From contig OX597823.1 of assembly GCA_951406725.2 (NCBI GenBank), positions 26,060,001 to 26,308,000 of the forward strand: DNA of 248,000 nt, given 5' to 3'. Origin of the DNA: Octopus vulgaris (lineage: Eukaryota). Shown piece by piece: positions 130,643 through 144,600 of the stretch. Every line of letters begins with the position of its first letter. Within the stretch, counting starts at the first letter, position 1. Made by a program: the position numbers and the translations under genes. The notes below the pieces were generated by a model. That model searched no databases and was not told the origin of the DNA. It saw only the letters and a program-made list of their open reading frames with translations.

Positions 130643-130864
130643 ATTAATATTCAATTTTTCACCCTTATTATTTTAAATTTAAATTTACATGTATATATAT
130701 ATATGTAGATGTATACATATACATGTATATTTATATATACATCCATATCTATACATATACATATATATATATATTCATGTTTATGTATACATCTGTATAT
130801 ATATATATATATATACATGTAAATTTAAATTTAAAATGATATGGGTGAAAAATTGAATATTAAT
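130643..130864. repeat. Inverted repeat (arms about 65 bp) around a (TA/CA)-rich spacer
   Basis: attaatattcaatttttcaccc...aaatttacatgtatata mirrored. Confidence 0.8.
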
Positions 130865-131754
130865 GTTGAGCCTCACAGAGGTAATGACAAGTGACCGAGA
130901 CCTCTGGCAATCTGCTGTGTGTGAGAGATAGTCAGGCCAAATGAAATCATAGTGTGGCCATACTGGTGTAATGTAAATGGCACCCATGAAATTGTAATTG
131001 TGGCCATTACTGGTGCCATATAAATAGCACCTGTGAAATCAGTCAGGCTGTTGCCGTGCCTTGTAAATGGTACCTGTGAATTATAGTCATAGTCATTGAC
131101 AGTGCCATGTAAATAGCACCTGTAAATTGTAGTTCTGGTTGTTGATGGTGCCATGCATTTCCACATGTAATGGGCACTGGTGAATTGTCGTGGTTGTTGT
131201 CAGTGCCATGTAAATGGCACTCATGAATCATAGTTCTGGTCACTGCCGGTGTCATATAAATGGCACCCATGCCAGCAGCATGTAAAAGGACCCATTGCAC
131301 TCTTGGAGTGGCTGGCATTAGGAAGGGCATCCAGCCATAGATACCATGCCAAATCAGACTGGAACCTTGTGCAGCTTTCCAGCTTATCAGCTCCAGTCAA
131401 ACTGTATAATCCATGCCAGCATGGAGAGAGAGTGTGCATTAAATGATATTGAAATGATGATGAATATATAAATATATATATCATGATAGATCGTTAGCCA
131501 CTACACACATTTTTTTCTCTCCTTGTTTTTTCTGTGTCCCTTTCTGTAGAAGAGCATAGGCTCAAAATGTAAAAGACTTTTTCTATTCCTGAGTGTTATA
131601 CTAATACATCTGTTTGTTTTGTGCACCACCTGTCTTCGTCTTTTGCTTTTTTTGTAAACTCTCCCTATATATATATATATATATATTGTCTTTGTGTGTG
131701 GAAGATGTGCTGGTACAATGAACACTAAGAATGTACAAGGAATAGACTTCCTTA

Positions 131755-133010
131755 AATGTCCGGTGGGGGCTCTTTGAAAGTAGTAGATAGCTTCTGTTAT
131801 CTAGGTGACCAAGTTACTAGTAGAGGAGGAAGTTCTGGAAGCGTAATTGTTAGAATAAGAACAAGCTGGGAAAAGTTCAGTGAGTTATTACCTTTGTTGT
131901 TAAAAAAGGGCCTCTTACTAAGAGTGAAAGGTAGATTGTATGGTGTCTGTGTGCAAACAGCTATATTAGGTGGCAGTGAAACATGGTCTGTGACAACTAG
132001 GACATGCAAAGGTATGAAAGAAATGAAGCTAGCATGCTCTCTGAATGGGTATTGTCACTGCGCATGTGTGACAGAGTGTAAATGATTTTAGAGAAAAATT
132101 GGGTATAAGAGGTATCAGTTGCAGTGTTGTAAGAGGGAAGATTGTACTGGTTTGGTCATATGATTCATATGGTCGAGGACAGCTGCATAAAAAAGTGCTG
132201 ATCTCTAATTGTGGAGGGAACCAGTGGAAGGGATAGATCTAATAAGATGCAGGATGAAGTAGTGAGAAAGGATCTTCAGATGTTGGGCCTCATAGAGATG
132301 ACAAAGGACTGAAATATTTGGTGGTTTGCTGTGTTTGAGAAGACATGTCAAGCTTAGTAAAATTGTGTCCATCCTTACATGCAGGTATGTCTGCAGTGTC
132401 CCTCCTCTCTCAACAGAGAGGACCCTTCCCTTGAAGGCTTACAGGTGCCGGTGCCATGTAAAAAGCACTTGTGTTGGTGCCACATAAAAGCGTCCATGCT
132501 GGTGCAAAGTAAAAGCACCCGTGCTGGTGTCACATACAAGTTCCCATGGCAGTTCCACATAAAGAACTTGTGCCCATGCCCCACAACTGCATCTGTACTC
132601 GTGCCACATTAAAGTATCCATGCATCTGCTATGTATAAGTGCCTGTGCTAATGTCATGTAAAAATGCCTGTATTGATGTCACATAAAAGTGACTGTGCCA
132701 CAGCCAAGTAAACATGCCCATGCTGGTGTCATACAAAATCACTGGTGCTGGTGCCATGTGAAACGCACATAGTACATTCTGTAAAGTAGTTGACATTAAA
132801 AAGTGCATCAAACCATAGAAAACATGCCAAAATAGAGCAACTCCCCAGCTGGCCAATTCCTGTCAAACTATCCAACCCATGGCAACACAGAAAGTGGATG
132901 TCAAGTGGCCGTGTGGTAAGAAGCTTGCCTCCTAATCACATGGTTCTGGGTTCAGTTGCACTGTGTGGCACCTTCGGTCCTCTCGACTGAGAGAGGAGGA
133001 ACACAGCAGA
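131755..133010 (+). mobile_element. Decayed RTE LINE 3' portion
   Basis: LKVVDSFCYLGDQV...RIRTSWEKFSELLPLL followed by the 3' UTR. Confidence 0.8.
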
Positions 133011-134253
133011 CATACCTGCATGTATGGATGGACACAATTTTACTTAGCTTGACATGTCTTCTCTAGCACAGCAATCCACTACTATAGCCTCAAGCTGACC
133101 AAAGCCTTGTGAGTGGATTTGGTAGATGGAAACTGAAAGAAGCCTGTCATATATATATATATATATTTGTGTTTGTGTCTGTACTCGTCCCTCCACTATT
133201 GCTTGACAACTGATGTTGGTGTATTTACATCCCTGTAACTTAACAGTTCAGCAAAAGACACCGATAGAATAAGTACAGGGCTTACAAAGAATAAGTCCAG
133301 GGGTTAATTTCTTCAACTAAAAGCAGTGCTCCAGCATGGTCACAGTCAAAATGACCGAAACAAGTAAAAGAATAAACGAATATATATATATATACTCACA
133401 CACACATCATCATCATCATCATTTAACATCCATATCCCATACTGGCATGGGTTGAATAGTTTGACAGGATCTGATGGGCCTAAGGACTGTATTGTGTTCC
133501 AGTATCGCACATGTTTGGTGGTTGGATGCCCTTCTTAATGCCAACCACTTTACAATGTGTACTGGGTGCTTTTTCATGCCACTGGCATGACTAAGGTTGC
133601 CATGCAGCTTACAAGCCAGCAAAACTCAAGGAGTGGGTAGGGAAGTTTGTCCTATGCTAGATGGGGGTTAAGGTATGAGAGATGTTTGGGTAGAGCAGGT
133701 TCTTGTAGAGAAGCTGCATGGGTGCACACATTTAGAGGAGAGAGTGAGAATGAATCATTAGTATATTGGCAAAGAAATAAACAGGTGGTACCTCAAAGTA
133801 CAAGGTCAGTAGACGTGAGTGGGAACAGGGAAAATAAGAGTGTGAGTGGGCGGGGGTTTGCAGAGTAAATGGGATGGGGACAAGAGATAGAAAAAGTGGG
133901 TTGAGAGGGGGTAGGCAACATCTCTAAAGATTGGATAGAGTTGAAGGGTGGATGGAAGGAAACACACACTCACACACAGGGGCTGCTGAGAAGCTCCTGG
134001 CTTAAAGGGTATTGTGAAAGGCTTGGTTGGAGGCCCAACCTTCCATGTTCTTTTACAGGGCTAAGAAAAACTGAAAGACTGCTGCAATAAGTTGGCGAAT
134101 CTGAGAGGGGAATATGTTCAATAAAATCACAATGAATTGATCCTCCTGTATTTTCTTTTACCCAAACGCAGGAACTTTTTGGCACCGTCTCGTACGTACA
134201 GACATATTATTAGTCCATAAGTCCCATCATATATATCTCTATCTATCTATCTA

Positions 134254-134310
<57 letters not shown>

Positions 134311-135899
134311 GTATTTATGTATATATACATATATGCATATATGTGTTTATATTTATGTTGTGCTCTTTCATGTCCAGTAACCTTATAGTTCAACAAATGG
134401 AGAATAATAAAATAAGTACCAGACTTGAATGACCACTGGGGTTATCAAGTTCCTTAAAACTGGTGCCCCATCATGGCCACAATTCACATAACTAGTAAAA
134501 TAATAAAAGTACATATATCTATAAAGTATGTGTAAAAATTCTCTAAAAATGCATTGATTTTGGTATTTCTTTATTCTTGCTTTTTGGCTGTTTTCCATTA
134601 AAACATATTTCTCTAACCCCAGGAGGAGATTATTTCAACATAGTTATTTCATTTGTGGGCAATCCATTCTCTCATGTGATGCTAAAATAAAATAACAAAT
134701 AAATAATAACTATATAACTAAATAATAATAATAATGAAACGAAAAATGTAACTATAATTAAATTATAAATTAATAAACATGTATATATATTATTTCTTTA
134801 TGAAATTAGTACAAAAAAATTAACATTTTGAAGTTAATTAACATTATCTAATATTAACTTTTGCTAAAAAGGCAAAGAGAAAAGATGAAAATTTTTATCC
134901 TTTTTTTGAAAATTTACTTCCTCCCTAAAGTATAATTGTCATTTTTCAGTTCCTTTAATAGACAGCAAACATTAAAATTAATTTTTTTGGAGGAATTAAT
135001 TATAATTTTATAGAAAATTATTCCTTTTTTCTCTTTTACTCTCTTGAAATAAACCAAGAAGTGAGAATTTTATTACCTTATAAAAGAAATTGTAATAATT
135101 TCTTTATCTAAAAACTGATCCCTAAATTATTTCATAAATAAATGTCGTGCTTGTTCCCTAAAAGCCTTTCCTTTCCATAGTTCCATTTACCGAAAGTAAA
135201 TACAAAAGTAAAATAGAACTGAGGAAAGAAAATGATTGAGGGAAAGAGAAAGAAAGAGTGAAGAAAGAATTCATAGAGAAAGAGAAAAGAAAAAGTGTTA
135301 GAGAGAATGGGAAAGAAAGAAAAAACAAGGGGAAAGATATGATAGAAAGAATGTGTTAGAGAGAGCGAGAGAGAGAAAGAAATGATAGAGAGAAAGTGAA
135401 AAAAGAAATGATAGAGAGAAAATGAAAAAGAAATAAGAGAGAGAGAAAGAGAGAGAGAGAGAGAATGAGAGAGAAATAAATAAATGATAGAGAGGGGAAG
135501 TGAGAGAGCGAGAAAAATTAAATACATCGATGGAAAAACAACAAAAAGCTGTTATGAAATTATTTCATTTTCAGTTTAGAACAAAAGGTAGCGGCGTTTC
135601 ACGGGTGTATATATATAAATATATACATATGTATATATATATATATGTATATGTAAATGTATATGTATGTATGTACATGGTGTCGGTCACTAGTATAAAC
135701 TTATATTATAAAACAATCAACTAACACTTCCATTTAATAAGTTTATTGTGTGTAAAAATTCTACACTGAATTTAATATAAAACATATGTACACACATTTG
135801 TATATATGAATATATGTCTATGTAGTGTTGTTTTTCTTTCAATTCCATACTTTAATTATTCTTTCTTCAATAACATCGAACTCACACTCAACGTCTATT

Positions 135900-137023
135900 T
135901 ATAGTTAATTATAAATTTACTACAAGATAAACTGAAGATCTCAATTTAAGGACCAAATTCGCATTTAAGTGCTTTCATGACGTACATTGATAATAATAAT
136001 AATAATAAAAAAACAACATGAAGACAAATTTATTCATAGCCCATCCCATATCCTTTCTTTGGTTCGTTTTTCTTTTTATTCATCATCAATTTCCTTACGA
136101 ATGTTGTTATCCAAGAAAACCGAATGTTTCTAGAAGAACGTAAAGCCCCTTAATAAAGGCAAGCACTTAGGCCAGGCTAAAGCTGTCGTATGTCACAACC
136201 ATGAGGCGTTGAACACGATTGTGCTTTTTTACCCAGAATCCTCAGTATCAGTGGCTACCCACAACTGAAGCCGAAGCGGCCTTTACATCTGTGGAGCTTC
136301 TCGCTTTGGTTAGCTCCTGCTTTTGTCGCCAGAGTACGTCCACGGTAAGTGCGCCGAACCTTCCTCTCTAGCATCGTGCGTCGTTCGTTTTATGTCTACG
136401 TTCAATCGTTTCAATGTGTCTTCTTCTTTGTAGAGAAAACTGTTAGTTGTTTATGTTATTTTCATTTTTTTGGCTCTCTCGTTCACTCGAAGTGAGGGTC
136501 ACCCTTCGTCCTCAGCATGACCATTGTGGAGTCTCCGCCGCCGCCGCCACTACTATCACCAACGCCGCCGCACACACGCACACACGCCACATTCTCTTTC
136601 TTTGAGACTATATGCGAAAATGAGGGCAACACACTTAACGCTTCTCTCTTACATGCTGTTATATATATATTTTCTATATTTCCTTTCATTAGCTCTACAG
136701 TATTTGTTTGTATTTTCCCTTCATTACTCATCTGCTCGGAAAACATATCTGCAATACTATTCTGTAAAAATTCTAAAGCGTGCCATGATAAGCAAACCAG
136801 CTAAAGGTGCTACCACCTCAGGCGGATATATATATGGATATATATATTATTCGGCAGTGAGACAGGGCAGTTAGGTTATTCATATTTTGTTTTCATATAC
136901 ATTTCTCTTATTTTCATTTTGATTTCCAAGTCCATTTCCCTAATTTTTTTCTAAACTCATTAACCTTTTATTGAAGTTGAAGATCAGGCAAAGGAAACAA
137001 AACCGATCCCCCTTCACACAAAT

Positions 137024-137059
<36 letters not shown>

Positions 137060-140000
137060 AATATACATACATACACACGCACAACAAACGTGTATGTATA
137101 TGCACCATGGATTATGGAAAAATCTTTTCCGAGCGCCGATCAACCTTGGTTAACACTTTGCTCTCGCCAAACAAACGATTAGTTAACTCGGAGATTTGCC
137201 ATTTTTCCTCTTTTATTCAAGTATTTCGCCCTCACTTATATATATCGTGTGTAGGAAAAGTGAAATAAAATTCCCTAACAAAAGACAGCAATTGGCATGT
137301 GAGAGATGGTTGACGACCAAGTGGATGCTTTGTGAACAATAAAAGCAGCACAAATGTGTGTGTGTGTGTGTCGGCAACATACAGACCCACACTTAAGCAC
137401 AGATTTGTTTTTTTTTGGTCGCAGGTTGTTTAAACTATAAGCATTTTATTTTGGAGTATATCTGGGGTCGGGATTTTAAAAATTTATTTTAGTCGGGAAT
137501 GAAAAGGGTGTTTGTTTTATTACGTTTACTTTCTTTTTTGGAAAACGGGAAATTATTTTGGCAAGGTTGGTCGGAGAAAGAAAAAAAAACCCAGCTTGTA
137601 ATATTGTCATTGGGACCAAGTCAAGGACTGGATATAGAATAAGATGTTTCCTTGTTAACATTAATTTTTCTCTGTCTTCACTACGGTCCTTGTTTCTATT
137701 TAAGAATTATATAGCTATATATATGTGCGTATATAAATATATACACGTATGTAATAGTTAAGTGACTGTGTGTGAAAGGTACCTAGTAAACGAACCACAA
137801 AGCCGCCTCACCAGAAGGTTCCACACCCCATCACCAGGCCGGGCATGCGCATTACATCTTCTTATCTCTCTATTCGGTCAAGCTTTTACTCTTTCTCCCT
137901 CTTTTCATCTCTCTATTACTTTTAGTTATCTTAATGTCCGTCTCTCTCATTCTTTTATCACTCTCTCTCTTTCTTTATAGTGTCTCTTTTTATCCGCTAT
138001 TCTCTATATCCCTCTTTCATATTGCTCTGTCTTTCTACATACACGCTGCTATCTACAACTTTTATACACCAGACGATGTATAAATACTACAAATATATTT
138101 ATGTTTGCATTGTTTCTCACTTATTAGCTGTTAATAAACAACATAAACCACCTGCCAGTAATTGAAGTCTTATATCAGCAATTTTAGTTATATATATATA
138201 TAATTTATCCTTTGCTGTTTTTCTTTTCTCTTGTCTAATTGCCCTTAATAATACCCATTAAGATCTTTCTCTTTAAGAGGAAACAAAAACAACTTCCCAT
138301 TTCATGTACCTCCCTACCATATGTCAACTGACTGGAAACGAAGAAAAATAAATCCCGTATTCAGTATATATTACGTGAAATTAGTTGAGAATTTTTTTGT
138401 TTCAAAATAGTCTATATGCTAACCCCTTGAGGCCGTTGAAACGGTTTCCCTTACCCTATTTATTTACAGAATTACTCAGAAAACGTTTTATTCTTTTTGA
138501 CTAGAAATTATCCGAAACAAAATCCAAAGAAAAAGCATCAGAAGAAGCAAATATGTATTCGATTAATTTTTCTGTTAAACCCTTTAATCGGAGGTTTCTG
138601 TCGGGTTAGTAGGAATATATAGAAGTTAGTGACTGTGCAAAAAATATATAATGGTTTGATAAAAATATGAAAGGTTGTTTTTTTTTGCAGACGTGAAAAA
138701 TGGAACTGCTAAGCTGGCATATGGGATATTTTTGTGCGCGAAACTTTTCTTTAGCAGGTGTTCCTCTCATGTTTATCCCACTACAGCGCTTTGTTAAGCA
138801 TTCTGAGTTCCCCCTCACCCTCCACGAATTTATATGTGGATATTTTGCCTTTTATTTATTATATGAGTGAATGAATCAAGTTATTACATTTCCTTGTAAT
138901 TGCTGAGCATCTGATAAAAGAGGCCTTCTAGTTAACCGGCTAGATAGAGAGGAGGTGGTAGGTCTCTTGGACTGCTTTTCCTGCTACTACAGTATCATTG
139001 AATTCGCTCACATCCGTTTTTATTCTGCTTCTCCTGCCTATTCGCCCTTCATCCTCACATCCGCCAGCTTTCTCTCCCTAATTAGGTAAAAAAAAAGTAA
139101 AATAAATAAATAGAATAAAGCATTAAGAGTTGGTCGGCCCTTCATGTTCTAACTCCATTTCTTTATGTATGAAGTACTCCCACCACCACGTGTGTTCTAT
139201 GAAACTAGAAAGAATTCTGTCCCTGCTCTATCGTTTTTGTATCGATTTTACCAAGCTCTCTCTCTCTCTCGTCCCATACCTTTCTCTTGTTGGTTCGCAG
139301 CCTCACACATGAATTCACAAATGTCAGCAGGCAGCCGATGCGAGGATTTAGTTTATCTCTTTCCTCCTCCATCGCCAGCGAAGCGATAGACGTAGAGTGC
139401 TGCTGATGTTATTGAGGGCGCCCTCCACGGATAACACTTCATACAACCACTATCTTTTCTTGCTCTAGATTATACAGAAGGTGAATTCTAATTTCGGTTG
139501 CTGCTATTCTAATTTTATATATATATATAGATAAAATATGGGGAATAAATAATAAAAGTTTTCGCTTGTTATTGCCCCCCTCCGTCTGTTTTTACTTCCA
139601 TTTACACAGTCACACGTTCACACACATACACATCTAATCTCTGTTCTTTCTTTTCTCTCTTTCTCTCCACTCTTCTCTCTCCTCTCATGGTATAAGGAGG
139701 TCGGATTATATACGCCAGCAACCTTCTGGCTGCTTTCGATATCCACACGCTGTTTTCTTCGTTGAAACCAGCCTGCTCCTCTGCATGACTCATGTCTAGG
139801 AAAAAGAAGCCTGGTCACAACTAGAGGGAAGGCGAGCAGCAGACAGACTTGAGGACCCTGACTCATGTATCTAGTTGCGGTAGACAGACGGACTAAGCGA
139901 CTAGGTCAGGGAAAGAGAGAGACAGAGAAACCTTTTCTCTCAATTCAGTGTGCTCCTCCTACTTCGCGTTTTTTTTTTTACCTTTTCGTTAGTTTCCTCT

Positions 140001-140300
140001 TTGCTTTGCATAACATTATTCACCTCTCCCTACTTAAAATAAAATTGAAAAGCTTCTCTGTAATGAGGGCCGTGTCTAAGGTAACATTGATAGTGGCAAT
140101 GAAAAAGAAGAAAAAAAAAACCTCCATGAATGCATGGTGGCCAAAGACCTTCCCCTCCTCAATCTCATTGCAAATTGCTGTGGGGGAAATGTAAGGCCTA
140201 TGACCATTATGTTATGATGAGACGAGAAACAACAGAGAAGAACCCTTTGTTAAAGCTAGAAGAGAGAGGAAGCAGCAGCAGAAAATGAGAGGATTACAGT
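135900..140300. promoter_or_regulatory. CpG-retaining, transposon-poor region; likely promoter/first-intron regulatory zone
   Basis: Many CpGs compared with the flanks; no SINEs; strong donor at 136345; two TGACTCA sites (139786, 139859). Confidence 0.5.
136237..136344 (+). other. Candidate 5' exon, plausibly an untranslated exon of the ZNF800-like gene
   Basis: Ends ACG|GTAAGT; preceded by ctttttacccag; the link to the 194112 acceptor is inferred only. Confidence 0.4.
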
Positions 140301-141059
140301 GGATCTGTCACGGGACCCGTAATCTCTTGTAGCTAGGACACAGATGCTGCTGAAAAATATTTCACTCCTTCGCACAAACACAGGCCTCATTTTATGGCCT
140401 TTCTAAAATATTTATTTTTCTCTGCCGATATTGAACGAAGGTGGCTGGAAATAAACATATTTTTTAGTTGGGGCCTAGCAATGTAGTGAGGGAAGTTTTT
140501 TTCCCCAGTCTGTGTTATAGAAGCTTTTAATGGAGATGATGAGAGAAGGGAGATGTGGAGGTGGTGGTGGTTGGTTATGATGGGTTACTGAAAACCGAAG
140601 ATGACAATTTATCTTATTAACGGACGGCAAATGTCCGGTATTTCTCTTTAAATAAATGATTATTTTAAGAAGTTGGCGTTTTAAAACTATTGTGAATAGC
140701 ATCAGTGAACTGATATAATTTACAAAACCACATCAATTAAACTAATGAACGCCACATAGTCTTTATTTCTCTTCTCATGAATCTGTGGCCTTGTCCCGAT
140801 ATAACCAATGTTTTTTCTTTTTACTTCTCTATTATGTGAGACAAGCATAATCTCATTTTTCTTTCCTTGGGGGCCTTATGCTTCTTTAAGCTAATATTTA
140901 CTTTCTCAGTCAACGATAAAAGAATTGTCAAACTTTTTATTTATATATTTTACTTGTTACGGTTTGTTTACAGTTTAATTTTGAATCGGTTATGAATTAT
141001 AACAGATACCGGTTTATTAACCAGCACCTATGCACTCAGCCTTGTTTGTAGAGAGCCTC

Positions 141060-141660
141060 TGCGAGGCCATTCAACCTGCTAGAAATAGCAATGTCTACCT
141101 CAAAGCACACCCTACCGTTTTAGAAAAAGAAAGGACGCATTCAATAATGTAGTCGAAAAATCCAGCAAGAATTACCATTTATCCTAGATCTGTTTGATCA
141201 GGGTTGACTCTTTACGAAACAACAACCTTACGTACACGAGCCAATGATGGAGATTTTATGCGGTCACTCGATGCTAGAAACAACAGCCAAAACTTTCTCA
141301 AAGCACACGCTTCATCCTTAGAAAGAAAGAAAAACATTGGATAATTTTTTCCTAAATATAATGTCTGAATAAAACGCAGGCTGGTTCTTGTTGGAACACC
141401 TTTTGATCATAGGTCTGTTTGATCATGACTAACTTACGCTAAACAACTTTATATACTCAAGCCATCAAGGCAACCTCTATGCGGTTACTCGATCTGCTAG
141501 AAATAGTAGCCAAATCATCTTGAAATCACATTCTACTATTAACGCATTAGGAAATATAATCTTTCGAATACAAAAGGACGAGAGGGTCTTAGCTGGAACA
141601 CCTTTGATAATAGGTATACTCTTTCTTGGCTGACTTGGGGCTAAACAACAACCTTATATC
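141060..141660 (+). mobile_element. Three clustered copies of an old SINE/LINE-tail family with (CAA)n tail (family E)
   Basis: ctgctagaaatagcagccaaatct...gatcataggtctg..tgatcag...ggggctaaacaacaac; 20 or more decayed copies across the window. Confidence 0.7.
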
Positions 141661-144600
141661 ATCGCCAATGAAATAAAATGCAATTCAACTCAGAATAGCT
141701 TTTACTTGAATGTTTTCTTGTCTTGTGTTTTCTAAAGGTAAAAAAAAAACAACAATAGTTATAATAGTAATTCCAACATATCTTAAGTTTTTACAAAACT
141801 TAGAACATAGATGGTAATTTTATTTTGCATTCAAAAGATTTTAAAATATATATTTTACACATACTTAAGAATTTGTATGGAAATAATTTATTGAAAATAC
141901 AAAAACTTTCAACACCCTGAGGTACTTTATAAGTTGATCCTTTTAGGTTTTTATTATTAAAATCTAAGGTCAATACCAATTGCTCTCTCTCTCTCTGATT
142001 CCTGATCTGTTTCAATAACATTTCTAGAACAGTTTCCCATTAAGATCAGGTTTAGTAAATATACTCAAGTTGTAGTTTTAATGTTATTGTTAACTTGTAC
142101 AAACTCTATATGTGTAACAGTGACTGACATTAAGATGAGAACCCCCACTTTTATTGTACATACAATGTGTAATGGTTTAGCCCTGTTTTAAAGTGGTGTT
142201 CACTATAGCTGTATGTATCTTCCATTAGTGTGGATGGCAGCCACTGTATGACACTGCATGATAAAGTGGAAATAAAAGCTAACAAACAATTGCCTGCCAA
142301 AAGAATTGTCTCCATGTGACTGCATCCCTCTTTCTGTTTAAGACTGTTTCTATCCCTAATTTTTCACAGCACTATCGCTCTCTCTTTTACTCATTTGAAT
142401 TTCATTCTTTCTTCAAACCTTGCTCTGCTTTGGCCATTGTGTCATTCTCATGTCATTTTCATAAACAAATCTTACATTTTTTTTCACCCTTTTTGTTGAG
142501 TGCTGCTTGTGTGCTTTACACAAGATGATACCTTTTGTGTGTTGGAGCAGGATTTCTTTGAATGTCAGCTTCTCACTATTTTATGTTGTTATTATTGCTT
142601 TTTTATTCCTTTTTTTTTTTTTAATCCTGAGAAGAAAGAATGTACACACAAGAATCAAATACTTTTTGCTTTTTATTGTTATCTTCGAGGATGTTTCTTT
142701 TTCCAATTTTTAATTTTTGCAAGTAGATTTACCGGCTCACCCAGTCTTTTGAGATATAATACTATTACAATAATTCTGTCTCTTTAGGTTCAGAGTGTGA
142801 ATCCAGGCATGGTTAACTTCGCTTGTCAACTTTCCAGAGTTGATAATTAAATACTTGTAACAAAATAGAATCAAATTCATTCACTAAAATCCCCACCCAC
142901 CCCCACTTAGAAATTGGCCTTGTACCTGACTAAGAAATCAATACCATGTATCGTGTATGAAAATAAAATATTTATTTCCTACACAGGAACAAGTCCACCA
143001 ATCTGTAAGGGAGGGACTAAATGAGTTTGTGTGACATCTTCCTCAAAGGAATTAGTAATGATGTTAATAAAAGAGAACGTAGCTCCAACGAAGAATGGAA
143101 ATGGGGTCACAAATTCAGCACAGTGGGATCTTCACTGTGTACGGAAATAAATTATTGATTTTTTTTGCAGGCACAAAACTAAGCCACAAATTTTTAGAGC
143201 AGGGGATGAGATAACATGGCATTCATGCATTTCCCGAGGGCATAAGTAATTTATATGCAGTACAATAAATGGTTCCAACTGGGCTACTCCCTCAACTTGG
143301 CATTATGTTTATTTTTCACTCTAACAGAAGGACTGCAGTTGATTAAGTTGACCTCAATTAAAAAAATGCAAATGCCCTTTAGCTACTAGGCTTAGTTTTA
143401 GTTCCATGGTGTTAAGTGGATGGGAGATAAATCTCCTCCTGGTTATTATGTTGCTGTATCTTAGGTAATACTGTCAGATCTAGTGGTATGTTGTGCTCCT
143501 GACCTGAGCAGATATGATAAGTAGTTGACCCCTAAAACACAAAAAGTTGGTTGTCCAAACCGATATTCTCTTGGCTGTCATATCTTTACAGTTTACCTCA
143601 CAGTATGCACCTGTCAATGTAATGCTTATTTATTCACATAAAAAAAAAAAAAAATTAATCCTGCATTATCTTGTAGCTTTGAGATATCAAAGATGTGATT
143701 TGTTTATTTTTAGAATGACATTGCTGAGTAGATGTGAAAGGCTTGGAACTGGGCAGGTTAATCACAAAACAGGTGGTATATTTGGGCTGGATATGACCAG
143801 TTTAAATGCTTATGGGTTAACTCAGTAGAGATGAAGGACAAAGGCAGTTCTGGTAGACTGAGCTCAGAATGCAGTGGGATAAATCAAAATACTGATGAAC
143901 ATTTGATTTTACTGCTTCTGGTACTTTGATATTGTCTTCTATAATGAAAACATGTTAAAGCAAAAATAACTACAAGATAGACATAATGTATTTAATCTCA
144001 TATTGTCTTCTGGGCCTATTGAAACAAAGCAATATATTATAATCAATTCATTCAATAATATCCTTTTAAGAAAGAAGGGTTTTGCTTACATAAAAGAGGT
144101 TAAAACTTGCGAATTAAGTTTTAGTGAACAGTTTTTTTTTACTGTTATTATCATTTTAATGTAATAAGTGTAATGAATACTGAGAAGAAATATGTTTTAG
144201 GAAAGACTAGTTGACAACATGTCCATAAGTTCAAAGTTTAACTAGGCTTATTGTCATAGACATAACCCTATTCACCTTACCAAACAAAAATAAGTTCCAC
144301 TCCTTGCCTCACAGTTGAGTTAGGTGAGAAAAGGGGCATCCAACTGTAAACAAAATTGGTTTAATGAAATAAGCCATGTAAGCATGGAAAAATAAATGTA
144401 AAACAGTGAAGCAACAAAAATCCTCAATAGAAAGAAAGAAATCAATTTTTGTTCATAATTTAAAAAAAGAGAACAATTTGAAAAATAAATAGCTTAAATA
144501 ATAGCAGATCAGCATTTCAATACAAAATCTTAATGTAATGTAAAATTAGATGTGGTTGTGTCAAATGATTGTATTTAAAATTGAGTCTTTTGCAGGGAGA

